NCBI GenBank assembly: GCA_902776735.1
Contig: CACYRE010000004.1
Span: forward strand, 1-59,850
Length of the DNA stretch: 59,850 nt
DNA from: an uncultured Erysipelotrichaceae bacterium
GTDB taxonomy: Bacteria > Bacillota_I > Bacilli_A > RF39 > UBA660
Direction of reading: 5' to 3'
Under the pieces are notes generated by a model. It ran no database searches, was not told the DNA's origin, and saw only the letters and a list, made by a program, of their open reading frames with translations. Every line of letters starts with the position of its first letter. Within the stretch, counting starts at the first letter, position 1. The position numbers and the translations under genes were made by a program. This document shows positions 17,328 through 25,374 of this stretch, piece by piece.

Positions 17328-17444
17328 TTGAACCTCCTTAATTTATTAATAATTAATTATTTAATTTATTTATTTTATAAATTATTTATTAATTTATATT
17401 ATATGGTAGTTATATTTGACTAAATAACTAGTTATAATTGTCTA

Positions 17445-17726
17445 TTACTTTAGTCTTTCATGGCTATAGTTAACAGATATATCTCTTCTTGTTCCATAAT
17501 AATCATATCTTATAGATATATAATTTTGATCCTTTAATTCTTTGATTAATCTAGTTATTGTTCTTGCTGATAAATCTAATGTTCTAGCATATTTAGCATT
17601 ACTAGCAAAAGCAACTTTATAGTCATTATTACTAAAAGATATGATTACACCTAATAAAAGTTTAGCTGATGATGTTATACTTTCATCACTTAATACTTCC
17701 ATAGGTATTCTAATAAACTTTTCCAT
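17445..17726 (-). CDS. HTH_36-like (replication/regulatory helix-turn-helix) protein
   Basis: IPMEVLSDESITSSAKLLLGVIISFSN...ASNAKYARTLDLSARTITRLIKELKDQNYI matches the PF13730-type pattern. GGAAGGAGG RBS. Confidence 0.55.
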   Translation of the reverse strand: MEKFIRIPMEVLSDESITSSAKLLLGVIISFSNNDYKVAFASNAKYARTLDLSARTITRLIKELKDQNYISIRYDYYGTRRDISVNYSHERLK

Positions 17727-17888
17727 ATTTTTCCTCCTTCCTAAAAAATTGCACAAAAAAAGCAGTGATTTCTCACTGCGTATATTATTGATTAACTAGT
17801 ATCATATTTCATGTTTAAACCTCCTTATGAAAATTCGGGGATAGGGGTGTCCCCATATAGTGTTTGTTGTGTCATTGAAAAAAAGCAC

Positions 17889-17957
17889 TACAAATACGTT
17901 GCTTGTTTGTTTTCTCTATAAAAAAATTTTTTTTAATAAGCAAGCAACGTATTTGTA
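17889..17957. repeat. 17-bp perfect inverted repeat around a 35-nt A/T-only spacer (candidate origin or operator)
   Basis: TACAAATACGTTGCTTG (17889-17905) and CAAGCAACGTATTTGTA (17941-17957). Confidence 0.7.
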
Positions 17958-18523
17958 TACCCAAATGAAACATTTTGTCTATCCTAATACAATATGGGTG
18001 ATCCCAACCCCCAAACAAAAAAGGTAGAAGTTGTTCTTCTACCATTAATTATTCAGAGTATAAATATAAGGAAAATATCTCCATATCTATGACAATTGTT
18101 CCTTATTATAATCATTTTAACACTTGACAAATTTAATGCAATAGCAAAAAAGTATCAATTTTGTATCAAAAAAGTATCACTTTTCTAAACCGATGATTTT
18201 TAATGCCATTTAGAAAATAAAATGTATTGAAAATATATCTACTATAGATAATTATTCCTTATTATAACCATTATAAATCCTTAATATATTGAAAAGCAAG
18301 GTTGAATTTAGGGTTGAAAAAAGTGACGAAAAAGGTGGCGTTTTTAAGTGACTAAAAAGTTAATTTTGCCTTTATATTATAATGGTTTATGAAATTTGTT
18401 AAATGGTGCAATTAAGAGTAATATTCAGTAGCATTAGTAAAATCATCAATTTTTTTAATGTTACTTTTAGGTGATTTATATAATGTTATGTTATAATTTA
18501 TTATAAGAAATGGGTGGTATTAT

Positions 18524-19309
18524 ATGGCTTATTATAGTAACAGACAAATTAATAAGATAGTAAAAGATGTAATAGACAATTATTGCCCTCCTTCAACATA
18601 TAAAAATAAAATGCCAACTAAAGAAGAGTTTTCTATACAAAATATAGATATAGACAAAATTGAAAAAGAGTATAATTCTTTTGATAAAAAAAAGAATGCT
18701 ATTGAAACTTTCTTGGGTGTCGCTTGGTTTGCTCTTGGAGGAATTCCAGCTGGATATGTCTCTGTATATATTTGTGAAGCAATGAATCTTAGTACGGATT
18801 CATTTATTCCAATAATCATTTTTATGGCTTTATATTTTTTAGGGTTTGGAGTTATAGGATTAACAGATTATATAAAATATAATAAAAAGGAAGAATATGA
18901 GAATATAAAAAAATATAAGGAAGCAATGAGTCAATACTATTGGTGGCAAAATAGAAAGAAAAAGGATTTTTGGTATTCTTTGGATGGCCGAAAGTTTGAA
19001 ATTGAAATTGCAAATATTTTTAAGAAAATTGGATATAAGACTAAAATATGTAAGCAAGGTGGAGATGAGGGAGTAGATATAGAAATAGAAAAAAATGGTA
19101 ACAAGGAAATAATACAATGTAAGGCTCACAAGGCAAAAGTATCACCATCAGTTGCTAGAGATCTGCTTGGTACAATGTTAAATAAAAAAGTTAATCATGC
19201 TTATTTGGTAACATTAAATGGAGGTACAGCTGGAACTATTGATTTTTGCAAAAAGAACAACATTACTTTATGGGATATAGATGACATTATTAGATATAAT
19301 AAAATGTAA
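18524..19309 (+). CDS. Membrane-anchored Mrr-type (PD-D/ExK) restriction endonuclease-domain protein
   Basis: Two TM helices (FLGVAWFALGGIPAGYVSVYI and IPIIIFMALYFLGFGVIGL). The C-terminus FEIEIANIFKKIGYKTKICKQGGDEGVDIEIEKNGNKEIIQCKAHK fits the Mrr_cat pattern. Confidence 0.7.
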   Translation: MAYYSNRQINKIVKDVIDNYCPPSTYKNKMPTKEEFSIQNIDIDKIEKEYNSFDKKKNAIETFLGVAWFALGGIPAGYVSVYICEAMNLSTDSFIPIIIFMALYFLGFGVIGLTDYIKYNKKEEYENIKKYKEAMSQYYWWQNRKKKDFWYSLDGRKFEIEIANIFKKIGYKTKICKQGGDEGVDIEIEKNGNKEIIQCKAHKAKVSPSVARDLLGTMLNKKVNHAYLVTLNGGTAGTIDFCKKNNITLWDIDDIIRYNKM

Positions 19310-19342
19310 TCTATATTAATTATTTGTATGGAGGTGATAGTA

Positions 19343-20650
19343 ATGAGAAAATATGAGTTACAATTTGATGATGAAAGTATTAAAGATACTATCCACTCTA
19401 ATACTTTAAATAGAAACGATAAACTATTTAATTTAATAAGATTATTAAATAGTATGAATGAAAATCATATTATTTCTATTGATGGTAGCTGGGGAAGTGG
19501 GAAGACTTTTTTTATAAAGCAGCTTATGTATTTAAAAAGTAATCACAATGATTGTGCTTTCATAAAGCAAGATATCCATGATACTATTACTGAATTTGAT
19601 AAAAAATATATATTGGTTTATTATAATGCTTGGGAAAATGATGATCATAATGATCCATTAGAATCGATTATTTACAATTTGCTAAATATTTTACCAAAGT
19701 ATTCAGATACGTTTATTGATGGTACAGAACTATTTGATTTAATAAAAAAATCGTGGATGAATTTTATTGAAGTATCATCCTTAGGAATTGTTAAAACTGA
19801 TGATATCAAAGAAATGAAAACTTTTTCTGATTTGTCAGACTCAGTTAATACAATAGAGGAAAAGAAAAATGCTGTTTTAACATTATTAAGCCATATTACT
19901 AGGCATAAAAGAATTCTTTTAATAATTGATGAATTGGATAGATGTAAACCTGATTTTGCTGTTAAATTAATTGAGACTATAAAACATTTTTATGATAGTC
20001 CTAAAATGAGTACAATTTTTGTTACAAATAATAATCAATTATCTAAGACAATAAAAAAATTTTATGGTAATGAATTTGATGGATATAGTTATTTAAATAA
20101 AATATACGATGCAGTTATACCTTTACATTCTGATAACATTGAACAATACTCTAAAAAGTATTTAGATATTTATCATAGTACTAATCTTCCTGAAGATGTT
20201 TCTATTTTTTTATTTAAACACTATAATTTCTCATATCGTGAATGCAATAAATATATGTCCATGTATAGGTTGATTGAACCATATATCCAGTGGCATGGGA
20301 AGTTTCCCCAACATAATAGCAATATTGATATTTCGTGTATATTTGTTCCTATATCTATAGCGCTAAAGGTAAAAGATATCTATTTATATGAAAAGTTTAT
20401 ACAAAATGATGGTTCGGATATCTTAAAAGAACTCTTTGATGATGATAAATTAAAAAGTGAGAATAGTAATTTATATAGATGGTTTTGTGAAATCTTCAAA
20501 GTTAAAGAAGGAATGGAATTATCTAATAGAGTTGCTAATAGATATAAAGAAATATTTATTTCAGATAATACCTATGATTATGGTAAATATCCTTATATGG
20601 AAGCAATATCTATGTTAGGTAATCTTATTCATATTGAAGATGATAAATAA
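19343..20650 (+). CDS. KAP-family P-loop NTPase (no TM insertion)
   Basis: IDGSWGSGKTFFIKQL (Walker A), YNAWENDDHNDPLESII, and LLIIDELDRCKPDFAVKLIETIKHF (Walker B/KAP signature). It lies 33 nt downstream of the Mrr gene. GGAGGTGA RBS. Confidence 0.8.
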   Translation: MRKYELQFDDESIKDTIHSNTLNRNDKLFNLIRLLNSMNENHIISIDGSWGSGKTFFIKQLMYLKSNHNDCAFIKQDIHDTITEFDKKYILVYYNAWENDDHNDPLESIIYNLLNILPKYSDTFIDGTELFDLIKKSWMNFIEVSSLGIVKTDDIKEMKTFSDLSDSVNTIEEKKNAVLTLLSHITRHKRILLIIDELDRCKPDFAVKLIETIKHFYDSPKMSTIFVTNNNQLSKTIKKFYGNEFDGYSYLNKIYDAVIPLHSDNIEQYSKKYLDIYHSTNLPEDVSIFLFKHYNFSYRECNKYMSMYRLIEPYIQWHGKFPQHNSNIDISCIFVPISIALKVKDIYLYEKFIQNDGSDILKELFDDDKLKSENSNLYRWFCEIFKVKEGMELSNRVANRYKEIFISDNTYDYGKYPYMEAISMLGNLIHIEDDK

Positions 20651-20658
20651 TAATTTTT

Positions 20659-20680
20659 TAGGTTCTATTTAGGTTCTATA
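20659..20680 (+). repeat. Island 1 right arm-type repeat (TAGGTTCTAT x2)
   Basis: TAGGTTCTATTTAGGTTCTATA, located 104 nt before att core copy 2. Confidence 0.7.
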
Positions 20681-20784
20681 AATAGTAAAAAAAACTTAAA
20701 AAATAGTAAAAAATTATAATACAGAGGGTTAGCGATTATATTGATTTAACAAGTTTTAATAAGCAAAAGGTCTATTAAATCGCG

Positions 20785-20796
20785 ACCCCCTGAAGA
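20785..20796 (+). repeat. att core copy 2 (junction of island 1 and island 2)
   Basis: ACCCCCTGAAGA. The extended match AAATCG(CG)ACCCCCTGAAGAG is shared with copy 3. Confidence 0.7.
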
Positions 20797-20797
20797 G

Positions 20798-20820
20798 TTT
20801 ACATTAACTTTTACATTAAC
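20798..20820 (+). repeat. Island 2 left arm-type repeat (TTTACATTAAC x2)
   Basis: TTTACATTAACTTTTACATTAAC; the same sequence is at 32896-32918. Confidence 0.7.
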
Positions 20821-20843
20821 TACTAGGTAATGTAGAAGTTTTT

Positions 20844-21950
20844 TTAACTTAAATTATCCATAGTTTTTACTATCTCATCCATTTTATTTTTAAATAGGTG
20901 AGAATAGGTATTTAATGTTTCATCAATCTTAGCATGACCTAGATATTTTGCAACAATCATAATACTTGCACCATTATTTATTAAAACTGAAGCACATGAG
21001 TGTCTAAAGTCATGGATTCTTATTTGCTTAACACCAGATTCTTGAGTATATTTATTTTTCTGATGTCTTAATATATGAGCTGATAAAGGTTCTTTATCTC
21101 CAAATACAAACCATTTTTGATTAAAGCCGTATTGTTTCTTATCTCTTAAATATAATTCATGTAGATCTTTCATGACTCTTTCTGGAACTGGTAATGTTCT
21201 AACACTGGTTCTAGTTTTGGGAGTGGTAACATAACATTTGCCTCCTTCACCTTCTTGAACAACATTTTTAACCACCGAGAGCTCTCTATTAAAGAAATCT
21301 ATATTATCCCAGCTTAGACCTCTTAATTCACCTCTACGAAGGCCACAAAAGTATAATACTTCAAATAATGCTTTCCATTTAATATCATCTATTACTGATA
21401 AGAATTGTTTAAATTCTTCCCAAGTATAGAATTGCATTTCTTTTGGTGGCTTGTTTGGATTACTAAACTTTTCCATTTTGTTATAAATAGAAGTGAAGTT
21501 AAAATCATGCCATTTAGTTCCATAATTAAGAATAGTCTTCAATAATTTATAATATCCATTCTTAGTTTTATCAGCTAGATCTAATGTACCGATTCTCTTT
21601 CTCCAAGCAATATAGTGTTCTAACTTAATATCTTTAATCTTTAGTTCATAGAATTCACTTAATTCTTTAATATTAACTCTATATGTTCTTAAAGTAGATG
21701 TTTTAACTTTATCTTTCTTATACTCATAAAATTCTTCATAGAGTTGTTTAAATGTCATTCCAGTAACATTTATTTCTTTAGTTTCATATCCTACTAAGAA
21801 ATCTCTTTCTGCTTTTAAAGCTTCATTTCTAGTCATATAACTTCTAGACATATATGGTTTGGTTTTACCATCAACCTTTATCTTGTCATAAAAATACCAT
21901 CTTCTACCATCTTTGGTAGCTCTTTCTTTTGGTAACTGTAATACAGCCAT
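20844..21950 (-). CDS. int: Tyrosine recombinase / phage-type integrase (island 2)
   Basis: Motifs FCGLRRGELRGL, HDFRHSCAS, YLGH and LNTYSHL. Long runs are identical to the island 1 integrase (LYEEFYEYK, WHDFNFT, IYNKMEKF, IMIVAKYLGH, KIDETLNTYSHLFKNKM). Confidence 0.9.
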   Translation of the reverse strand: MAVLQLPKERATKDGRRWYFYDKIKVDGKTKPYMSRSYMTRNEALKAERDFLVGYETKEINVTGMTFKQLYEEFYEYKKDKVKTSTLRTYRVNIKELSEFYELKIKDIKLEHYIAWRKRIGTLDLADKTKNGYYKLLKTILNYGTKWHDFNFTSIYNKMEKFSNPNKPPKEMQFYTWEEFKQFLSVIDDIKWKALFEVLYFCGLRRGELRGLSWDNIDFFNRELSVVKNVVQEGEGGKCYVTTPKTRTSVRTLPVPERVMKDLHELYLRDKKQYGFNQKWFVFGDKEPLSAHILRHQKNKYTQESGVKQIRIHDFRHSCASVLINNGASIMIVAKYLGHAKIDETLNTYSHLFKNKMDEIVKTMDNLS

Positions 21951-22131
21951 TTTATTTATACCTCCTTATTTTGCTATATCGAGTTACCTCTTATACAACT
22001 CTAATATAGCACATTAATTAAAAAAAGTCAGGATTTCCTGACTAAATTAATTTTTCTTTCCTTAATTTTTTTTAATAAAAAAAGTAGGTAAGTACCTACT
22101 TAAATATCATAATACATAATATTACTAGCTA

Positions 22132-22452
22132 TTATGAAACCCATGCCCATAATCTTATTCCGTAAAACAAATCAAATTCTTCACCAGTTACTTTGACCAT
22201 TTTATTATCTTCTGAAGATTCTTTTGACATATAATATTTTACTTTTAGTTTATAGCCTAAACTAAAATATTCAAAGTTAATTTCTTCACCTGGTTCTAAA
22301 CAAGATATACAATATTTAGTTCTACCTAAAACTATTAGTGGTTTACTTCCATTATTAAATTTTAATCTTATACTTTCTTCACAAATAAAAATGGTAAATG
22401 TGCATACTAGTATCAATACAATTATACTTATTATTTTAAATGCTTTTTTCAT
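22132..22452 (-). CDS. Hypothetical small secreted or membrane-anchored protein
   Basis: N-terminal signal/TM sequence MKKAFKIISIIVLILVCTF; no recognisable motif. Confidence 0.45.
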   Translation of the reverse strand: MKKAFKIISIIVLILVCTFTIFICEESIRLKFNNGSKPLIVLGRTKYCISCLEPGEEINFEYFSLGYKLKVKYYMSKESSEDNKMVKVTGEEFDLFYGIRLWAWVS

Positions 22453-22488
22453 AAATTCACCTCACCTCAGTACCTCAAAACATTGCAA

Positions 22489-22734
22489 TTATTTGCCACA
22501 TGTTACATTTGTAGTGCAAGATGTTTCTAGGGGATAATTTGTAAATTTAAATTTTGTTATATTTCCGTTATCACAATGATATGTATCAACTAAAATACCA
22601 GACCTCTTCTTACACCACATTTCCATACCTATTATTGGATTATTATTAAATAATAAAGCTTGTAGTGTATCTATTAAAACAAATCCTACTAGAGTTGCCA
22701 AAACTATTAAAGTAATTTTTACACCTTTTTTCAT
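22489..22734 (-). CDS. Hypothetical small secreted, Cys-rich protein
   Basis: The start was moved to MKKGVKITLIVLATLVGF behind an AGGTGAT RBS. The mature part contains six Cys residues. Confidence 0.45.
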   Translation of the reverse strand: MKKGVKITLIVLATLVGFVLIDTLQALLFNNNPIIGMEMWCKKRSGILVDTYHCDNGNITKFKFTNYPLETSCTTNVTCGK

Positions 22735-22790
22735 ATAATCACCTATAATTATTATAACACAAAAAATAGCAATTTTATTATTGCTATTAA

Positions 22791-23405
22791 TTAAGGCATA
22801 GACCAAAACAAAACTTCATTGTATAAATAAAAATCTTTCCTAATTAGTTCAAAATCTTCCTTGTTAATATTATTGCCCCTTATTATTCTTTGTTTACTAG
22901 GATCTTTTTGCTTATAATAATATTTTACATAAAAGCCATAGCTGTATATAGTTTGTTCAAAATATTCATTGTCACCCGCGTGAATATCAACAGCATATCT
23001 CTTTTTTATTAGTGGCGTTGAATCCATGTCTGAATGCAAATATACTGATTCGATTGAAACATACATTACAGATAAAAATACAAATGCAAAAATAGACCAT
23101 AAAATAATTTTTAAAATTCTATTTTCTTTTTTAACTGTCTTATCAATCGTATATATTATGTTTTCTTCAAATTTTTCTTGATAATTTTTTTTATCAACTT
23201 TTTCGCCACTCATTAAATCATTTACAGTTACATCTAATTCTTTACTAATTATTGGAAACAATGAAATGTCAGGCATATTTTTTCCATTTTCCCAATTTGA
23301 TATTGCTCAATCTGATACTCCTAATTTTTCAGCAAGCTGTTGTTGTGTTAATTTTTTTTCTTTTCTTTTTTCGGCAATAAATTTTCCAATTTTAACTTGA
23401 TTCAT
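22791..23405 (-). pseudogene. XRE-family HTH plus TM protein interrupted by an in-frame TGA (23307-23309)
   Basis: MNQVKIGKFIAEKRKEKKLTQQQLAEKLGVSD*AISNWENGKNMPDISLFPIISKELDVTVNDLMSGE... is one continuous HTH_3 domain read across the stop. A TM helix lies downstream. It is a paralogue of 35279-35971. Confidence 0.7.
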
Positions 23406-23559
23406 ATTATTTATCTCCTTATCAATAATACAATACAACATTTTTAAAAAATATAACACGAAGCAATGCTTGAGTTTTGTTTCTATATACATTTTACCAC
23501 AAAACCCCATTTTTAATTTCTTAATACCTCATGATTTTATTTATATTAAAATGTTTTTT

Positions 23560-23796
23560 TTATTTATTAAGTTTGATTATTCTTTCGAGTCTATCTATAT
23601 CTATTTTTAAAATATCAACAACAGCTTGCATAGGTAAGTCATTTCCAGGAATATAATATCCTTCACTAATTAACTTATCTTTTATTTGCCTTTTAATATC
23701 TAATGCTTTATTTCTACCACAGTGTAGTAGTTTCATTAGGTCTGCTAAATTACACCATTGTTTTATTATTATCTTCATTGTTTCTTCTGCACTCAT
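23560..23796 (-). CDS. Small island-backbone protein, putative HTH/excisionase-like
   Basis: The start was moved to MSAEETMK behind a GGGAGG RBS. It is collinear with 16673-16903. Confidence 0.45.
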   Translation of the reverse strand: MSAEETMKIIIKQWCNLADLMKLLHCGRNKALDIKRQIKDKLISEGYYIPGNDLPMQAVVDILKIDIDRLERIIKLNK

Positions 23797-23809
23797 ATTA
23801 AAACCTCCC

Positions 23810-24226
23810 TTATTTAAAACTATCAATTATTTTTTGAATTTCTGCTTGTTCTTCTGGTGAAGCTTCTTCATTTGAAATTTTCTTTCCACCCCAATATCCA
23901 TCACCATAGAGTGGTGGTTCTTTCTTAACTTCAATTTCATTAATTTTTAAAATATGAATATAGTTTTGCCTATGTCCGTTTTTGTCAATGTAACCTTTTG
24001 GTATACCCTCAACATAAACATCTTTTCCAACCCTTAATTCTATTTTGTAAGAATATTCAACATACATTCTTGCACTAAAAAAGGATAAGTTATTCTTATC
24101 CTCGCCATTCTTATCTTTGTATAATTCTTTTTGACATATATCAAACCAAATATAGTCTTTATCAACTTTATCTCTAATACTAGTAATGTATCCATGATAT
24201 TTTATATAGTCTACTAAATCTTTCAT
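23810..24226 (-). CDS. Island-backbone protein, possibly an OB-fold-like protein
   Basis: AGGAGG RBS. It occupies the same backbone position as 16893-17327. Confidence 0.35.
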   Translation of the reverse strand: MKDLVDYIKYHGYITSIRDKVDKDYIWFDICQKELYKDKNGEDKNNLSFFSARMYVEYSYKIELRVGKDVYVEGIPKGYIDKNGHRQNYIHILKINEIEVKKEPPLYGDGYWGGKKISNEEASPEEQAEIQKIIDSFK

Positions 24227-24339
24227 TCCTAAACCTCCTTTACCTTTTACTAAGGCCTTTGTATAACTATTATATTTATATATTATCTTTATTTATTATG
24301 TAAGTATATTATATCTATATTGTAAGAAATATTATTCTA

Positions 24340-24609
24340 TTATGTTAGAAATTTATTTCTAATGTATATTTTTCTTCTAAAACTTTTAGGATTTTCAACT
24401 GTTATATATCCTTTATCAATTAATGCTCTAATTAAAGCTGATATAGTCCTAGTAGAACACTTTAATTTATTAGCATAATATTTATTAGATCCAAAAGCAT
24501 ATCCTTTTTGATTAGAATTAGAAAGTAGTAGAGTAAAAAATACAATAGCACTTTTACTCAAATTATCATCTAATAAATCATAATAAAGCTTTCCATGATT
24601 CTTGCTCAT
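24340..24609 (-). CDS. HTH_36-like helix-turn-helix protein
   Basis: LSKSAIVFFTLLLSNSN...GSNKYYANKLKCSTRTISALIRALIDKGYI. AGGAGG RBS. Confidence 0.55.
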   Translation of the reverse strand: MSKNHGKLYYDLLDDNLSKSAIVFFTLLLSNSNQKGYAFGSNKYYANKLKCSTRTISALIRALIDKGYITVENPKSFRRKIYIRNKFLT

Positions 24610-24638
24610 TCAAAAACCTCCTTTCTTAATTTTTAAAA

Positions 24639-24903
24639 TCCCACAAATGGGATAATACAGCCCACAAAACGGTAATTTTTAACTATAATTATTTAAGAGC
24701 ATAAGAGAATGATATCAACACAATAAAAAAAGCCTTATTGTATAAGACTTCCACGTGATATCAAACTTATTTTGCACTTGCAAAATTGTCCCACTCATGT
24801 GGGATATTTATTATATAAAACCCTTATATTATAAGTAATAACTGTGGGCTTACCTATGGGACATTATGTTTTCATATCTATAATCACCTCCTAATGAGTG
24901 GGA
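24639..24903. promoter_or_regulatory. Cluster of TCCCAC/GTGGGA half-sites and palindromes (candidate iterons or operators)
   Basis: TCCCACAAATGGGA (24639-24652), CCCAC (24661-24665), the perfect palindrome TCCCACTCATGTGGGA (24789-24804), GTGGGC..TGGGAC (about 24844-24862) and ATGAGTGGGA (24894-24903). Confidence 0.45.
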
Positions 24904-25054
24904 TAACAAAAAAAGAAGATGTATTCCATCTCCTTTGATAGATTTTTCCTACTATAGCAATTTTAACACCTATAAAATTCAAAGTGAAGTTCATTTACTA
25001 TGTGAATTTTAAGTTGTTTTAGTTGTTGTTTACTATGTTGTTTTTGTCAATTTT

Positions 25055-25198
25055 TCCATATTTTACTATATTTTATCACTATTAAATATTATTACAAGTG
25101 GTGAATTATATAGGTGTTTTGGGGGTGGAATTTCTTCATTTTTACCTTATAATTCCACTATTTTACAATATTTTATCACAACTAGAGATATTTACAAG
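25055..25198 (+). repeat. Two imperfect direct repeats of about 44 bp with a period of about 100 bp
   Basis: TCCATATTTTACTATATTTTATCAC...ATTACAAG (25055-25098) and TCCACTATTTTACAATATTTTATCAC...TTTACAAG (25154-25198). Confidence 0.6.
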
Positions 25199-25374
25199 AG
25201 GCCTTTGAACACCCCTCTAGGGGGTACTATTTTTGATTTAAGCCCTTATTTTATAAGGACATATTAAAAATATTAAATATATTTTTTTATAAAATAAAAA
25301 TGGATTTAATAGTCAAATAGTGATAAAAAATGTCGAAATTATGTTATAATCATATATAGAAAGGTAGTGTTGTT

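Larger units (their letters stand above)
14872..20796. mobile_element. Integrative island 1 (tyrosine integrase; cargo is TM-Mrr nuclease plus KAP NTPase)
   Basis: It is bounded by att core copies 1 and 2, with int adjacent to attL. Element-specific tandem repeats TAGGTTCTAT x2 lie near both ends. Confidence 0.65.

Noticed and set aside
1524-23309. Whether the in-frame TGAs (1524-1526 and 23307-23309) mean TGA encodes Trp (genetic code 4) or selenocysteine.
   Set aside because: Intact genes here terminate with TGA (for example 2365-2907 and 39921-40733). Trp is encoded by TGG throughout, including 15 nt after the 23307 stop. The third in-frame stop (810-812) is TAA. No SECIS-like hairpin follows. 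Pseudogenisation or sequence error is simpler.
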